A program made the position numbers and the translations under genes. 40,002 bases of DNA, from the IMG/VR virus record IMGVR_UViG_3300034100_000018, positions 1 through 40,002 of that record. The stretch is one strand, 5' to 3'. Every line of letters starts with the position of its first letter. Position 1 is the stretch's first letter. This DNA comes from a virus (taxonomy: Duplodnaviria; Caudoviricetes). The notes beneath the pieces are model-generated. The model did no database searches, was not told where the DNA came from, and was given only the letters and a program-made list of their open reading frames with translations. This document shows, piece after piece, positions 25,961 to 34,250 of the stretch.

Positions 25961-26385
25961 AGCACACCCTCTACAACCCACAGCAGGCAAAGGCCGTGAT
26001 TGACGCACTCTGGCAGGACGCCAAGCCAAAGCTATTGGCTGGTCATCGGCTTACAGTCGAGCTAAAGCCAGCAACCCGGTCCAGCGAGGCCAATGCACGG
26101 CTACACGCCACCATCACCGACGTGGCGCGCCAACTCGATTGGGCTGGCCAGCGTCGGGACATGGAGGTGTGGAAGCGGCTCCTCACGGCGGCATGGCTTC
26201 GCGCCCGTGGCGAGCACGTCGAGGTGCTGCCGTCGCTGGACAACCGAGGCGTGGACGTGGTGTTTCGGCGCACATCGACTCTGACGGGCACAGAGTGCGC
26301 TGAGCTGTGCGAATACATCTATGCGTTTGGCACCCAGCATGGCGTCAAGTTTTGCGCGCCAGATCACATGGAGCCTGACCGATAG
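25957..26385 (+). CDS. ninB: NinB/Orf-family recombination protein
   Basis: TRS.EANARLHA...DVARQL.W.G.....WK...TST....EC.EL.EYI.AFG...GVKF. Confidence 0.9.
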   Translation: MKHTLYNPQQAKAVIDALWQDAKPKLLAGHRLTVELKPATRSSEANARLHATITDVARQLDWAGQRRDMEVWKRLLTAAWLRARGEHVEVLPSLDNRGVDVVFRRTSTLTGTECAELCEYIYAFGTQHGVKFCAPDHMEPDR

Positions 26386-26465
26386 AGAAAATCAATTGGA
26401 CAGTGGCTGGTCTTGATGTCAAAGTATCGTCATGGGCTTGAATTTGTCTGTGACGCTGCTACAAT
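26380..26465 (+). promoter_or_regulatory. boxed promoter E plus a downstream constitutive-looking promoter
   Basis: CGATAGAGAAAATCAAT-TGGACA-17-CAAAGT, then TTGAAT-16-TACAAT (26438-26465). Confidence 0.7.
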
Positions 26466-26477
26466 AAACCCGTCAAG

Positions 26478-26580
26478 CGTAGCAGCACGACACTTAAGGG
26501 CCCTTTGGCCTTGGTTTTCCTAACCCCTTGGGGTCACGCTGCTACGTGGGAAGACCAAGACCAAAGGGCCTTAGTCTTTT
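26478..26580 (+). ncRNA. C4/CI-like RNA 2
   Basis: Long stem 26495-26520/26548-26573 plus T-run; loop GCTGCTACG (26538-46) is complementary to leader CGTAGCAGC (26478-86). Confidence 0.7.
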
Positions 26581-26655
26581 CAGTGTGCCGATTGCCAGTT
26601 GACAAAACAGTACACCTCCCCGGTGGTCATCGAGAAAAGGGGACGCGCTCTAACT

Positions 26656-26842
26656 CACAAGCCCGGCGCGGTGGCCTTGTTGCAGGGACCACAGAAAACC
26701 AGCAGAACAACCGACGATCAGCGATTGGCCCACGACAAGGGCGCTGGACAATGAGAATGCAGCCGCCAAGCGAGCGATGGCCTACCCAACCGGGTCAGGT
26801 GGTCGATGGAAACCCGGGCAGGTCGGGATTCTCGGGCTTGTG
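26656..26842 (+). ncRNA. putative multi-stem structured RNA
   Basis: 10-bp closing stem CACAAGCCCG/CGGGCTTGTG enclosing several hairpins. Confidence 0.45.
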
Positions 26843-26873
26843 CTATGCCTGAATTGAAAGCGAATGGCAGAAA

Positions 26874-27059
26874 ATGAGCACCAAACCACTACCCGCAGCC
26901 GCCCGGCTCAAGATCGAACGCCTGGAGCGCGAGAACGAAGAACTGCGCGCCGAGATAAAGGAGCACATGCGGATCTACGGTGATGCCGTGGGCGAACTGG
27001 TCACCTACAAGATCCGCTGCGAGCAGGCCATCAAGGTGCTGCAAGGGGTGCACGAATGA
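26874..27059 (+). CDS. small coiled-coil protein
   Basis: 61 aa, coupled to the next gene. Confidence 0.7.
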   Translation: MSTKPLPAAARLKIERLERENEELRAEIKEHMRIYGDAVGELVTYKIRCEQAIKVLQGVHE

Positions 27060-27373
27060 TCGTCCGAGAATCAACATACCGTAAAGCATGCGCCGAGCGC
27101 GATGCTTTGAAGAAAGAGCTTGGCGAAATAAGGCAGGTAGCTCTTCATTTAAAGGGAAAATACGAAGCACTGATTAAGGACTGGAATTCGCTTGTCAGGC
27201 GGATCAATGCCAATGGCGGGGAATCAATCCTGTCCGGCAGCAAGCCGAGCGATCAGCTTTCAAGCGACGACATCAAAAAGTTGCTGATGCTCATTCATCC
27301 AGACAAGCACGGCGGCAAGCCCATGGCCCAAGAAATGACGGCCAAGATTTTGCAGATCAGGGGTGGAAAGTGA
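27056..27373 (+). CDS. coiled-coil protein with truncated J-domain-like C-terminus
   Basis: KKLLMLIHPDKHGG motif. Confidence 0.7.
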   Translation: MIVRESTYRKACAERDALKKELGEIRQVALHLKGKYEALIKDWNSLVRRINANGGESILSGSKPSDQLSSDDIKKLLMLIHPDKHGGKPMAQEMTAKILQIRGGK

Positions 27374-27735
27374 AGTGCTCCCGCTGCCAAAAGCCACTCA
27401 CACGCGCCTACATCCAGGACGGCCCATTGTCATGGGGGCCAAAGTGCGCCAAAGCTGCGGGATTCACTCGCCCAACAGGCCCCAGGGCATCGCAACCCCA
27501 GCCAGTCGAGGTAGACCCACGACAGATCGCGCTTTACTTTCCAGAGCCACGCTACGCCCACCAGGGCCACCCATACGAGCACAATGGGCGCAGGGTGCTG
27601 GCGATGGAGTCAGGCGCTATTGTCAGGTGCAGGCCTTTGGATGAGCGCGAACCACTCGGAATCGGCGCGGCCTATGTGGTTGATGCGTCGGATCTGCGTG
27701 ATTTGCCTTTGCGATACCTTGGACAGTCTTTGTGA
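27370..27735 (+). CDS. zinc-ribbon hypothetical protein
   Basis: CSRCQKPL...WGPKCA. Confidence 0.7.
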   Translation: MKCSRCQKPLTRAYIQDGPLSWGPKCAKAAGFTRPTGPRASQPQPVEVDPRQIALYFPEPRYAHQGHPYEHNGRRVLAMESGAIVRCRPLDEREPLGIGAAYVVDASDLRDLPLRYLGQSL

Positions 27736-27748
27736 TGTGATGTAAAAT
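27720..27748 (+). promoter_or_regulatory. sigma70-type promoter for the tRNA-like RNA cluster
   Basis: TGGACA-17-TAAAAT. Confidence 0.6.
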
Positions 27749-27802
27749 CAATCCGCACGGTCAAGCGCGGAAGCGTCGGATTGGGACTACCCGGTCGCCG
27801 TG

Positions 27803-27939
27803 CATCATCATCTCAGCGGCGGCGTGGATGGACACGCACCGGGCCAGGATACCCGCTACCCCATCAAGGGAGTGTCCATCATGGGCATGCGGCCAAAGCG
27901 GTAAGCAGGTATCAAGCCCTGCCCGCTGAGATGATGGTG
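27803..27939 (+). ncRNA. tRNA-like RNA 1
   Basis: 17-bp closing stem; D-like arm GCGTG-gatgga-CACGC; T-like arm GCAGG-tatcaagc-CCTGC stacked on the closing stem. Confidence 0.65.
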
Positions 27940-28094
27940 AATGCGCAGGCTGATGCGCGACGTGGCACGGGGGTCCGGACATGATCCGGCGCCAGGGGTG
28001 AGAGTCCCGCTTGTGTGGCTTTTCAGATGTGTGGATGCGTCCATACGTACCGTGTATCGAACGCTAAGCCGGAGATCAGCACCGGCCACCATCA
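27932..28094 (+). ncRNA. tRNA-like RNA 2 with complementary loops
   Basis: TGATGGTG/CACCATCA stem; arms GCGCA-ggctga-TGCGC and GCCGG-agatcagca-CCGGC; loops GCTGA and TCAGC can pair. Confidence 0.65.
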
Positions 28095-28098
28095 ACCT

Positions 28099-28692
28099 AT
28101 GATCAAGACCAAACCAGGCAAGCTATACAAATGCACATCCCCAGGCTGCCAAGAGAGCCACGAGAGGCGCCAGGCATTCATCAAATGGTGCTCTCCTGAG
28201 TGCGGGCTGGTCATTGCTGAGCAGCGCAGGGCCAAGGCGGAGGTAGCCAAGGCCAAGGAGCAGCGCAAGGCGGACCGCGAGGCCAAGCAAGCCCAGAAAG
28301 ACCGCACCGACTGGGCAAGCGAAGCTCAGGACGAGGTGAATCGGTATGTGCGCTACCGCGACTATTTCGACGGCTGCATAAGCTGCGACAAGCCTGCGAA
28401 CTGGGGCGGTCAATGGCACGCCAGCCACTTCCGCAGCCGTGGTGCGGCCTCAGCGATCCGGTTCAACCTCTGGAACATTCACAAGGCTTGCTCAGAGTGC
28501 AACAAATTCAAGGGCGGGAACATCCACGGCTACACGCCAAAGATCATTGCAAAGATCGGGCGAGGCCGGGTCGAGTGGCTCAAGACACAAAACCAAGTCG
28601 TCAAGCACGACATCGAATACCTCAAGCGGGTGAAGGCGGTTTTCGCCAAGAAGGCGAACCGGCAGAAGCTGCGCATTGAGCGCGGGCAATGA
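28099..28692 (+). CDS. ninG: NinG/Rap-family recombination endonuclease
   Basis: WCSPECG; RYRD...CISC; WHASHFRSRGA...IRFN..NIHK.C..CN.FKGGN. Confidence 0.92.
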   Translation: MIKTKPGKLYKCTSPGCQESHERRQAFIKWCSPECGLVIAEQRRAKAEVAKAKEQRKADREAKQAQKDRTDWASEAQDEVNRYVRYRDYFDGCISCDKPANWGGQWHASHFRSRGAASAIRFNLWNIHKACSECNKFKGGNIHGYTPKIIAKIGRGRVEWLKTQNQVVKHDIEYLKRVKAVFAKKANRQKLRIERGQ

Positions 28693-28720
28693 CTAGAGAG
28701 TTGAGCAAAGGAGACACATA

Positions 28721-29110
28721 ATGGACAATGAGACACTGACAATCGAGGCTTCACTAGACGGCCTGCTGATGATCTGGCACGAGTGGGCCAGCTCCGAGAG
28801 AGTGGGGCAAGGCTACCCGTCCGAGGCCCCAGGCTGCAAACTCTACCGGGTGAGCAGGCAGTACGACACCGACAACGGGGCGGCAGACTCTGACGCTGAC
28901 GCATCTATCGGCGCAGCAGTTGACGCACTGGTCCAGCAGATGCAGGACCCACACAGGACGGCCATCACATTCAACGCCCGCAACCTCAAGACCGGGGCGT
29001 GCGTGTGGATGTCTCCCCGGCTCCCGATGTGTCAGACAGAGCGCGCTATCGTGGTCATGGAGGCGCGCAACCAGATCACTCGCAGGCTGCAAAGTGCCGG
29101 TCTGATGTGA
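28721..29110 (+). CDS. putative late-transcription regulator (Q position)
   Basis: SD AAGGAG; last early gene before a promoter+terminator and terS; L..W..W N-terminus with helical C-terminus. Confidence 0.55.
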   Translation: MDNETLTIEASLDGLLMIWHEWASSERVGQGYPSEAPGCKLYRVSRQYDTDNGAADSDADASIGAAVDALVQQMQDPHRTAITFNARNLKTGACVWMSPRLPMCQTERAIVVMEARNQITRRLQSAGLM

Positions 29111-29115
29111 GTGGC

Positions 29116-29198
29116 TTGACAGATTCGCAAAAGTGTGGCGCAATACGTGCGGGCAAGTGCCACCAAACAACCCGCTTAGAGCAATCTGGCGGGTTTTT
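29116..29198 (+). promoter_or_regulatory. pR'/tR'-like late promoter with proximal terminator
   Basis: TTGACA-17-CGCAAT, then AACCCGC..GCGGGTT+T-run (29169-29198). Confidence 0.65.
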
Positions 29199-29280
29199 GC
29201 ATTTCAACGGCCCGGCGTCACCGCATCAACCCCGCATCGCGTATCTCCTGCGGTGCTAGTGCCGGGCCACCCAATACATC

Positions 29281-29769
29281 ATGGCAAGACCAAGCAAGTT
29301 CAAACCTGAGTTCATCGCTCAGGCGGCGAAGCTGTGCCGACTCGGTGCCACTGATGTGGAGATCGCTGACTTTTTCGAGGTGGACGTTCGTACCCTGTAT
29401 CGCTGGAAGGGCGAGCAGGAAGAGTTTTGTCAGGCCCTAAAAGCTGGCAAGGATGTTGCCGACGAGCGGGTTGAGCGCAGCTTGTTTGCGCGCGCCACTG
29501 GCTACGAGCACGACGAGGTGGACATTCGCGTTGTAGCTGGCGGCATTGTGCAGACACCAATTCGCAAGTACTACCCACCAGACACGACGGCGGCAATCTT
29601 CTGGCTCAAGAACCGCAAGGCGGACGAATGGCGCGACAAGCTGGAGGTGAAGCAGGACACCACCGTCAACCACAAAAGCGAATTCAGCGATGCAGACCTT
29701 GAAGCTATCGCCGCAGGAGGCAGCGCGGGAGTTGTTGGCAAGGCGCGCGGCCCGCAAGTCACTGATTGA
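29281..29769 (+). CDS. terS: terminase small subunit
   Basis: MARPSKF..HTH (LGATDVEIADFF); PPDTTAAIFWLKNR. Confidence 0.9.
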   Translation: MARPSKFKPEFIAQAAKLCRLGATDVEIADFFEVDVRTLYRWKGEQEEFCQALKAGKDVADERVERSLFARATGYEHDEVDIRVVAGGIVQTPIRKYYPPDTTAAIFWLKNRKADEWRDKLEVKQDTTVNHKSEFSDADLEAIAAGGSAGVVGKARGPQVTD

Positions 29770-31144
29770 CTTCACGACCTACACCAAGCCAGATTTCCAG
29801 GTCGGCGAGCATCACAAGCAGATAGCCGAGGCGCTTGAGTCGGTGGAGCGCGGTGAGTGTGACCGGCTGATGATCTTTGCCCCACCAAGGCACACCAAGA
29901 GCGAGTTGGCATCGCGCCGATTCCCTTCGTGGTATCTAGGCAGGCACCCTGGCAAGCAGTTGATTGCCGCAACGTACTCGGGTGATTTCGCCTTGGACTT
30001 CGGGCGAGATGTTCGCTCGATAGTCAAGTCTGACGAGTACCGGGCGGTTTTCCCTGAGATGGAGTTGGCCCAAGACAGTCGGGCGGCGAACATTTGGCGC
30101 ACGTCGCATGGCGGCATATCGGCGTATGTGGGTGTTGGTGGACCGATTACCGGGCGCGGCGCTCACATCGCATTGATTGATGACCCGTTCAAGAACCGAG
30201 AAGAAGCCGACAGCGAGGTTAGGCGGGAAACGGTATGGCGCTGGTACACATCGACGCTACGCACGCGCTTGATGCCTGGCGGTGCCGTGATCTTGATCAT
30301 GACCCGATGGCATGACGACGATCTGGCGGGGCGGTTGCTGGATAAGCAGCGCGACGAGTGGCGGGTTGTTGAGTTGCAGGCCATCTCAGGCGAGAACACG
30401 GCACATGAAAAGGCGCTTTGGCCAGAGTGGTATGACCTCGATGCACTAAAACGCATCAGATCAGACGTTGGAGGTGTGTCGTCGCGGGATTGGACGGCGC
30501 TATATCAGCAGCGCCCAACGGCTGACGATGGGACGTATTTCAAGCGCGAGTGGCTCAAGCACTGGACAGCCAGGCCACCACAACTGCACATCTACGGCAC
30601 CAGCGATTACGCGGTGACGGATGGCGGGGGCGATTACACAGTGCATCGAGTGTGGGGCGTGGCACCAAACGGTGACATCTACCGGCTGGACGGATGGAGG
30701 GGGCAAACCTCATCCGATGAGTGGATAGAGCAAAAGCTGAACCTGATACAGCGGCACAAGCCGCTTGCGTGGTTTGGCGAAGCTGGCGTGATTCAAAAAG
30801 CCATTGAGCCGATGCTCACGCGGCGGATGAGAGAGCGCAAGGTGTTTTGCCGCCTTGAATGGGTTTCAAGCATTTCAGACAAGCCAACAAGAGCACGCGG
30901 CATTCAGTCGCGCATGGCTATGGGCGCTGTCTATTTCGAGCCAGGCGCAGACGTTGAAGAGTTCGTGCGCTTCCCGGCTGGTAAGCACGATGACGACGTG
31001 GATACAGCATCGCTGATCGGTCGCGCACTAGATGAGGCGCACCCAGCGGTGGCAAAGCGTGAAGACAAAGCAAAGAAGGTTGATCGCTGGGATAAGGCAT
31101 TTGGCAATCGCGACGACGACCTAGACAACTGGAAAACAGCATGA
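29690..31144 (+). CDS. terL: terminase large subunit
   Basis: APPRHTKS, ITGRGA..LIDDP, MTRWHDDDLAG, LYQQRP, FPAGKHDD.VD. Confidence 0.95.
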   Translation: MQTLKLSPQEAARELLARRAARKSLIDFTTYTKPDFQVGEHHKQIAEALESVERGECDRLMIFAPPRHTKSELASRRFPSWYLGRHPGKQLIAATYSGDFALDFGRDVRSIVKSDEYRAVFPEMELAQDSRAANIWRTSHGGISAYVGVGGPITGRGAHIALIDDPFKNREEADSEVRRETVWRWYTSTLRTRLMPGGAVILIMTRWHDDDLAGRLLDKQRDEWRVVELQAISGENTAHEKALWPEWYDLDALKRIRSDVGGVSSRDWTALYQQRPTADDGTYFKREWLKHWTARPPQLHIYGTSDYAVTDGGGDYTVHRVWGVAPNGDIYRLDGWRGQTSSDEWIEQKLNLIQRHKPLAWFGEAGVIQKAIEPMLTRRMRERKVFCRLEWVSSISDKPTRARGIQSRMAMGAVYFEPGADVEEFVRFPAGKHDDDVDTASLIGRALDEAHPAVAKREDKAKKVDRWDKAFGNRDDDLDNWKTA

Positions 31145-33252
31145 CGGACAAAGAGACAACAAGCACTGATGAACAGTCTGTGCTGTCTTCGCTCGTCCAA
31201 ATGTATGAGAGCGCAGAGCAAAGTACCGCTGACAGCCGTGAATTGTGCGAGCGTGACCGTGATTACAAGAACGGCATTCAGTGGTCAGACGAGGAAATTG
31301 CTGCGCTGAAAAAGCGCAAGCAGCCTGTCATCACAATTGATCGCATCGGGCCAAAGATCGACTTTCTGATGGGAATGGAAGCGCAGCACCGGACAGACCC
31401 ACGCGCCTATCCACGCACACCAAAGGAAGAAGACGGAGCGCAAGCTGCAACCGATGCGCTGCGCTATGTCATGGAGGACCAGCGATGGGACCGCGTTCGC
31501 TCTGAGTGCTTCGATAACTTCTTGGTAGAAGGTTCATGCGGCGCTGATGTGCGCGTGTACGAAAAACGCGGGGAGATGTGCATCGAGATCCTGCCGATCA
31601 TGTGGGATCGGATGTTTGGTGATCCGCATAGCCGCATGCGCAACTGGTCTGACGGCAATTTCAAGGGCCAGTTCTTGTGGATGGACCTTGAAGACGCTGA
31701 AATCAAGTACCCAGGCAAAGAGGGAGCGCTAGAAAGCACGATTGCCAGCGAGGCATCCGCCAGTGGCAACACTTATGAGGATGTGCCGCGCACTCGTTGG
31801 GCTGACCCAAAGCGTAAGCGTGTGCGAATCGTTGAGATGTGGACGAAGGAAGAGGGGAAGACCTTTTACACCGCGTTCACCAAGGCTGGCATTCTTGAGC
31901 GCATGGAGTCGCCTTATGTTAATGAGGACGGCGAACCGGATGACGGGTTTGTGTTCGGTTCGTGCTTCATTGACCGAGACGGCAACCGCTTTGGCGTTGT
32001 GCGCCGATGGATCAGCCTGCAAGACGAGATCAACAAGCGCAGATCCAAGGCCCTGCACTTGATGAGCGTTCGCCAGACGTTCGGCAACCAGCTCACGGGC
32101 GACAAAAACAAGGTTCGATCAGAGCTTGCGCGCCCTGATGGGCACGTCGAAATGGAAGGCGGAGCAGAGTTCGGCAAGGACTTCGGCGTCATCCCAACGT
32201 CAGATATGGCGGCGGCTCAATTTCAGTTGCTTCAAGAGGCAAAGGGAGAGATTGATGCCGTCGGTGTCAACGCCGCGTTGTCGGGCAACGAGCAGCGCAA
32301 CATGAGCGGCAGGGCGCTGATTGCAAGAAGCGAGCAGGGCCTGAACGAGCTTGGCCCAGTGTTCGACAACTTCAAGCAGTTCCAGCACGACGTTTACCGC
32401 AAGGTATGGAATCGCATTCGTCAGTTCTGGACGGCTGAGAAGTGGGTTCGCGTTACTGACGACGAAAAGAACGTCAAGTTTGTGGGGTTGAATCAACCCA
32501 TGACATTGGGCGAACAGTTGCTCGATGAGATGCGCGCTCAAGGCCGTGAAATTACGCCGGAGATGGATCAGCAAGCCAAGATGGATCCGGCCATGCAGCA
32601 GATCGTCGGAACAAAGAACAATGTCGCAGAGCTTGACGTTGACATCGTGATTGACGATGTTCCCGCTTCTGCGTCTTTGCAGGGTGAGCAGTTTGAACAA
32701 CTGGTTCAGATTGCACCTCAGGCAGCAGCGATGCCGCCTCAGTTGTTTGAGGCTCTGATCGAGGCATCAAGCCTGCGCAACAAGGAAAAGATCATCGCCA
32801 AGCTCAAAGGCGATGAGGACAAACAGAACCCGCAGATTATGCAGATGCAGCAGCAAATGCAGGAGATGCAGCAGGCATTGCAAGAGGCTCAGGCCGCAGC
32901 AGCCGACAAGTCAGGTGACATGCAGATCAAGCAAATGGAACTTGAACTCAAGTCACGCGAGATCGCATTGAAAGAGGCTGAGCTAGAACTCAAGGCCATG
33001 GAGGCGCAGAACGCTGTACCGGCTGAAGTCGAGCAGGCACAAGGCGAGATCGAAGCCGCCAAGATGGAGCTTGAGCGCCAAGCCGTCCAGTTGCAGCACG
33101 ACCGCGAGATGTTCGCCAAGGACGTGCAGATCGAGACGCTGAAGCTGCAATCCCAGGCTAAGGACGCGCAGCACGCAGAAGACGGCATACGTGATGCTGT
33201 GAGCGATGCGCAAGAGGTGGCAGCACAAGAGGCTGACGCAATACAAGATTAA
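31141..33252 (+). CDS. portal protein, P22-like with C-terminal coiled-coil barrel
   Basis: 703 aa after terL; G.QW, Q.E.NKRRSK and SGRA motifs; Gln/Glu-rich tail. Confidence 0.9.
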   Translation: MTDKETTSTDEQSVLSSLVQMYESAEQSTADSRELCERDRDYKNGIQWSDEEIAALKKRKQPVITIDRIGPKIDFLMGMEAQHRTDPRAYPRTPKEEDGAQAATDALRYVMEDQRWDRVRSECFDNFLVEGSCGADVRVYEKRGEMCIEILPIMWDRMFGDPHSRMRNWSDGNFKGQFLWMDLEDAEIKYPGKEGALESTIASEASASGNTYEDVPRTRWADPKRKRVRIVEMWTKEEGKTFYTAFTKAGILERMESPYVNEDGEPDDGFVFGSCFIDRDGNRFGVVRRWISLQDEINKRRSKALHLMSVRQTFGNQLTGDKNKVRSELARPDGHVEMEGGAEFGKDFGVIPTSDMAAAQFQLLQEAKGEIDAVGVNAALSGNEQRNMSGRALIARSEQGLNELGPVFDNFKQFQHDVYRKVWNRIRQFWTAEKWVRVTDDEKNVKFVGLNQPMTLGEQLLDEMRAQGREITPEMDQQAKMDPAMQQIVGTKNNVAELDVDIVIDDVPASASLQGEQFEQLVQIAPQAAAMPPQLFEALIEASSLRNKEKIIAKLKGDEDKQNPQIMQMQQQMQEMQQALQEAQAAAADKSGDMQIKQMELELKSREIALKEAELELKAMEAQNAVPAEVEQAQGEIEAAKMELERQAVQLQHDREMFAKDVQIETLKLQSQAKDAQHAEDGIRDAVSDAQEVAAQEADAIQD

Positions 33253-33272
33253 CGATTACCCATGATGCATCA

Positions 33273-33296
33273 AGGCCCGCCACGTGCGGGCTTTTT
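33273..33296 (+). terminator. intrinsic terminator after the portal gene
   Basis: AGGCCCGC-cacgt-GCGGGCTT+T. Confidence 0.7.
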
Positions 33297-33368
33297 GCAT
33301 TTGGCCTGCCGCCGAGGTTCGGGCGTGATGACCGTCGCCGGGTTGTACGGGCGTTTGGAGTGGATGAG

Positions 33369-34205
33369 ATGACTGACACGAGTTTGAGTGCCATTTTTGC
33401 TGACGAGACACCGGCCGCCGAGCCGACCGAACCGGTCGAGCAAGTCGAGCAGGGCACGGGCGTAGATGAGTCTGGGACGCCGACAGACGACGGGCAGCAA
33501 GAGCAGCAAGACGACCCCATCGAGAAGCACCGCAAAGGCCTGGAAGCTGGCATTGCTGCGGAGCGTCAAAAGCGTCAAGCCGTTGAGCGCGAACTTGCGG
33601 AAATGCGAGCAGCGATTCAGCGCCAGGAGCGCCAGAACGCACCAAAGCAGCAGCAGACAAGCATTGAGCGCCCCAAGCGTGATGCGTATGAATCGCAAGA
33701 GGACTACGAAGACGCGCTTCTTGAATACGGTGATCGTCGCCGGGAAATTCGCACCGCACAGGAGCGAGCCCAGCAAGAGCAGCAAGAATTTGAGCAGCAA
33801 ATCGAGCGCACGGCTAACGAGGTAATTGGCAAAGGTCAACAGGCCTTCCAAGACTTCGATGCAGTGATCAATAGCGGACTGGGGCCCTTCTTGGCTCAGC
33901 AGACGCCGCAAGCTCAACTGTTCAGGCAATCGCTGCTGTCTGGTGATCGAGCCCATGAGGTCGCTTATTACCTGGCAAAGAACCAAGAAGAAGCGCAGCG
34001 GGTTTACTCGATGCAGCCACTTCAGATGGTTCGCGCCATTGCGCTGATTGAAGCAACCAAGCTCACACAAGACGAGGCAGATGCCGCGCCTAAGCCAGTC
34101 ATTCCGCGAACTCTCACACAAGCAAGGGACGCACGAGGTCAATTCACAGAGAAGACCTACGACGGACCAACCCCACTAGACGCGATTCTCGCCAAAAAAC
34201 GATAA
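33369..34205 (+). CDS. scaffolding protein
   Basis: Acidic N-terminus, 'AERQKRQ' coiled coil, YYLAKN; between portal and MCP. Confidence 0.8.
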   Translation: MTDTSLSAIFADETPAAEPTEPVEQVEQGTGVDESGTPTDDGQQEQQDDPIEKHRKGLEAGIAAERQKRQAVERELAEMRAAIQRQERQNAPKQQQTSIERPKRDAYESQEDYEDALLEYGDRRREIRTAQERAQQEQQEFEQQIERTANEVIGKGQQAFQDFDAVINSGLGPFLAQQTPQAQLFRQSLLSGDRAHEVAYYLAKNQEEAQRVYSMQPLQMVRAIALIEATKLTQDEADAAPKPVIPRTLTQARDARGQFTEKTYDGPTPLDAILAKKR

Positions 34206-34229
34206 GGCCCTACGGGGCCTTTTTCTTTT
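34205..34229 (+). terminator. terminator-like hairpin between scaffold and MCP
   Basis: AGGCCC-tacg-GGGCCT+T-run. Confidence 0.65.
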
Positions 34230-34250
34230 GGCGCAAGCAAAGGAAACATC

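Noticed and set aside
26505-26852. 115-aa ORF as a real gene
   Set aside because: TTG start buried in an RNA stem, no SD, low-complexity translation; cannot be fully excluded as an Ash/Icd-like ORF
27803-28094. Canonical tRNA genes
   Set aside because: No TTCRA T-loop, no anticodon arm, oversized inserts; kept as tRNA-like ncRNA
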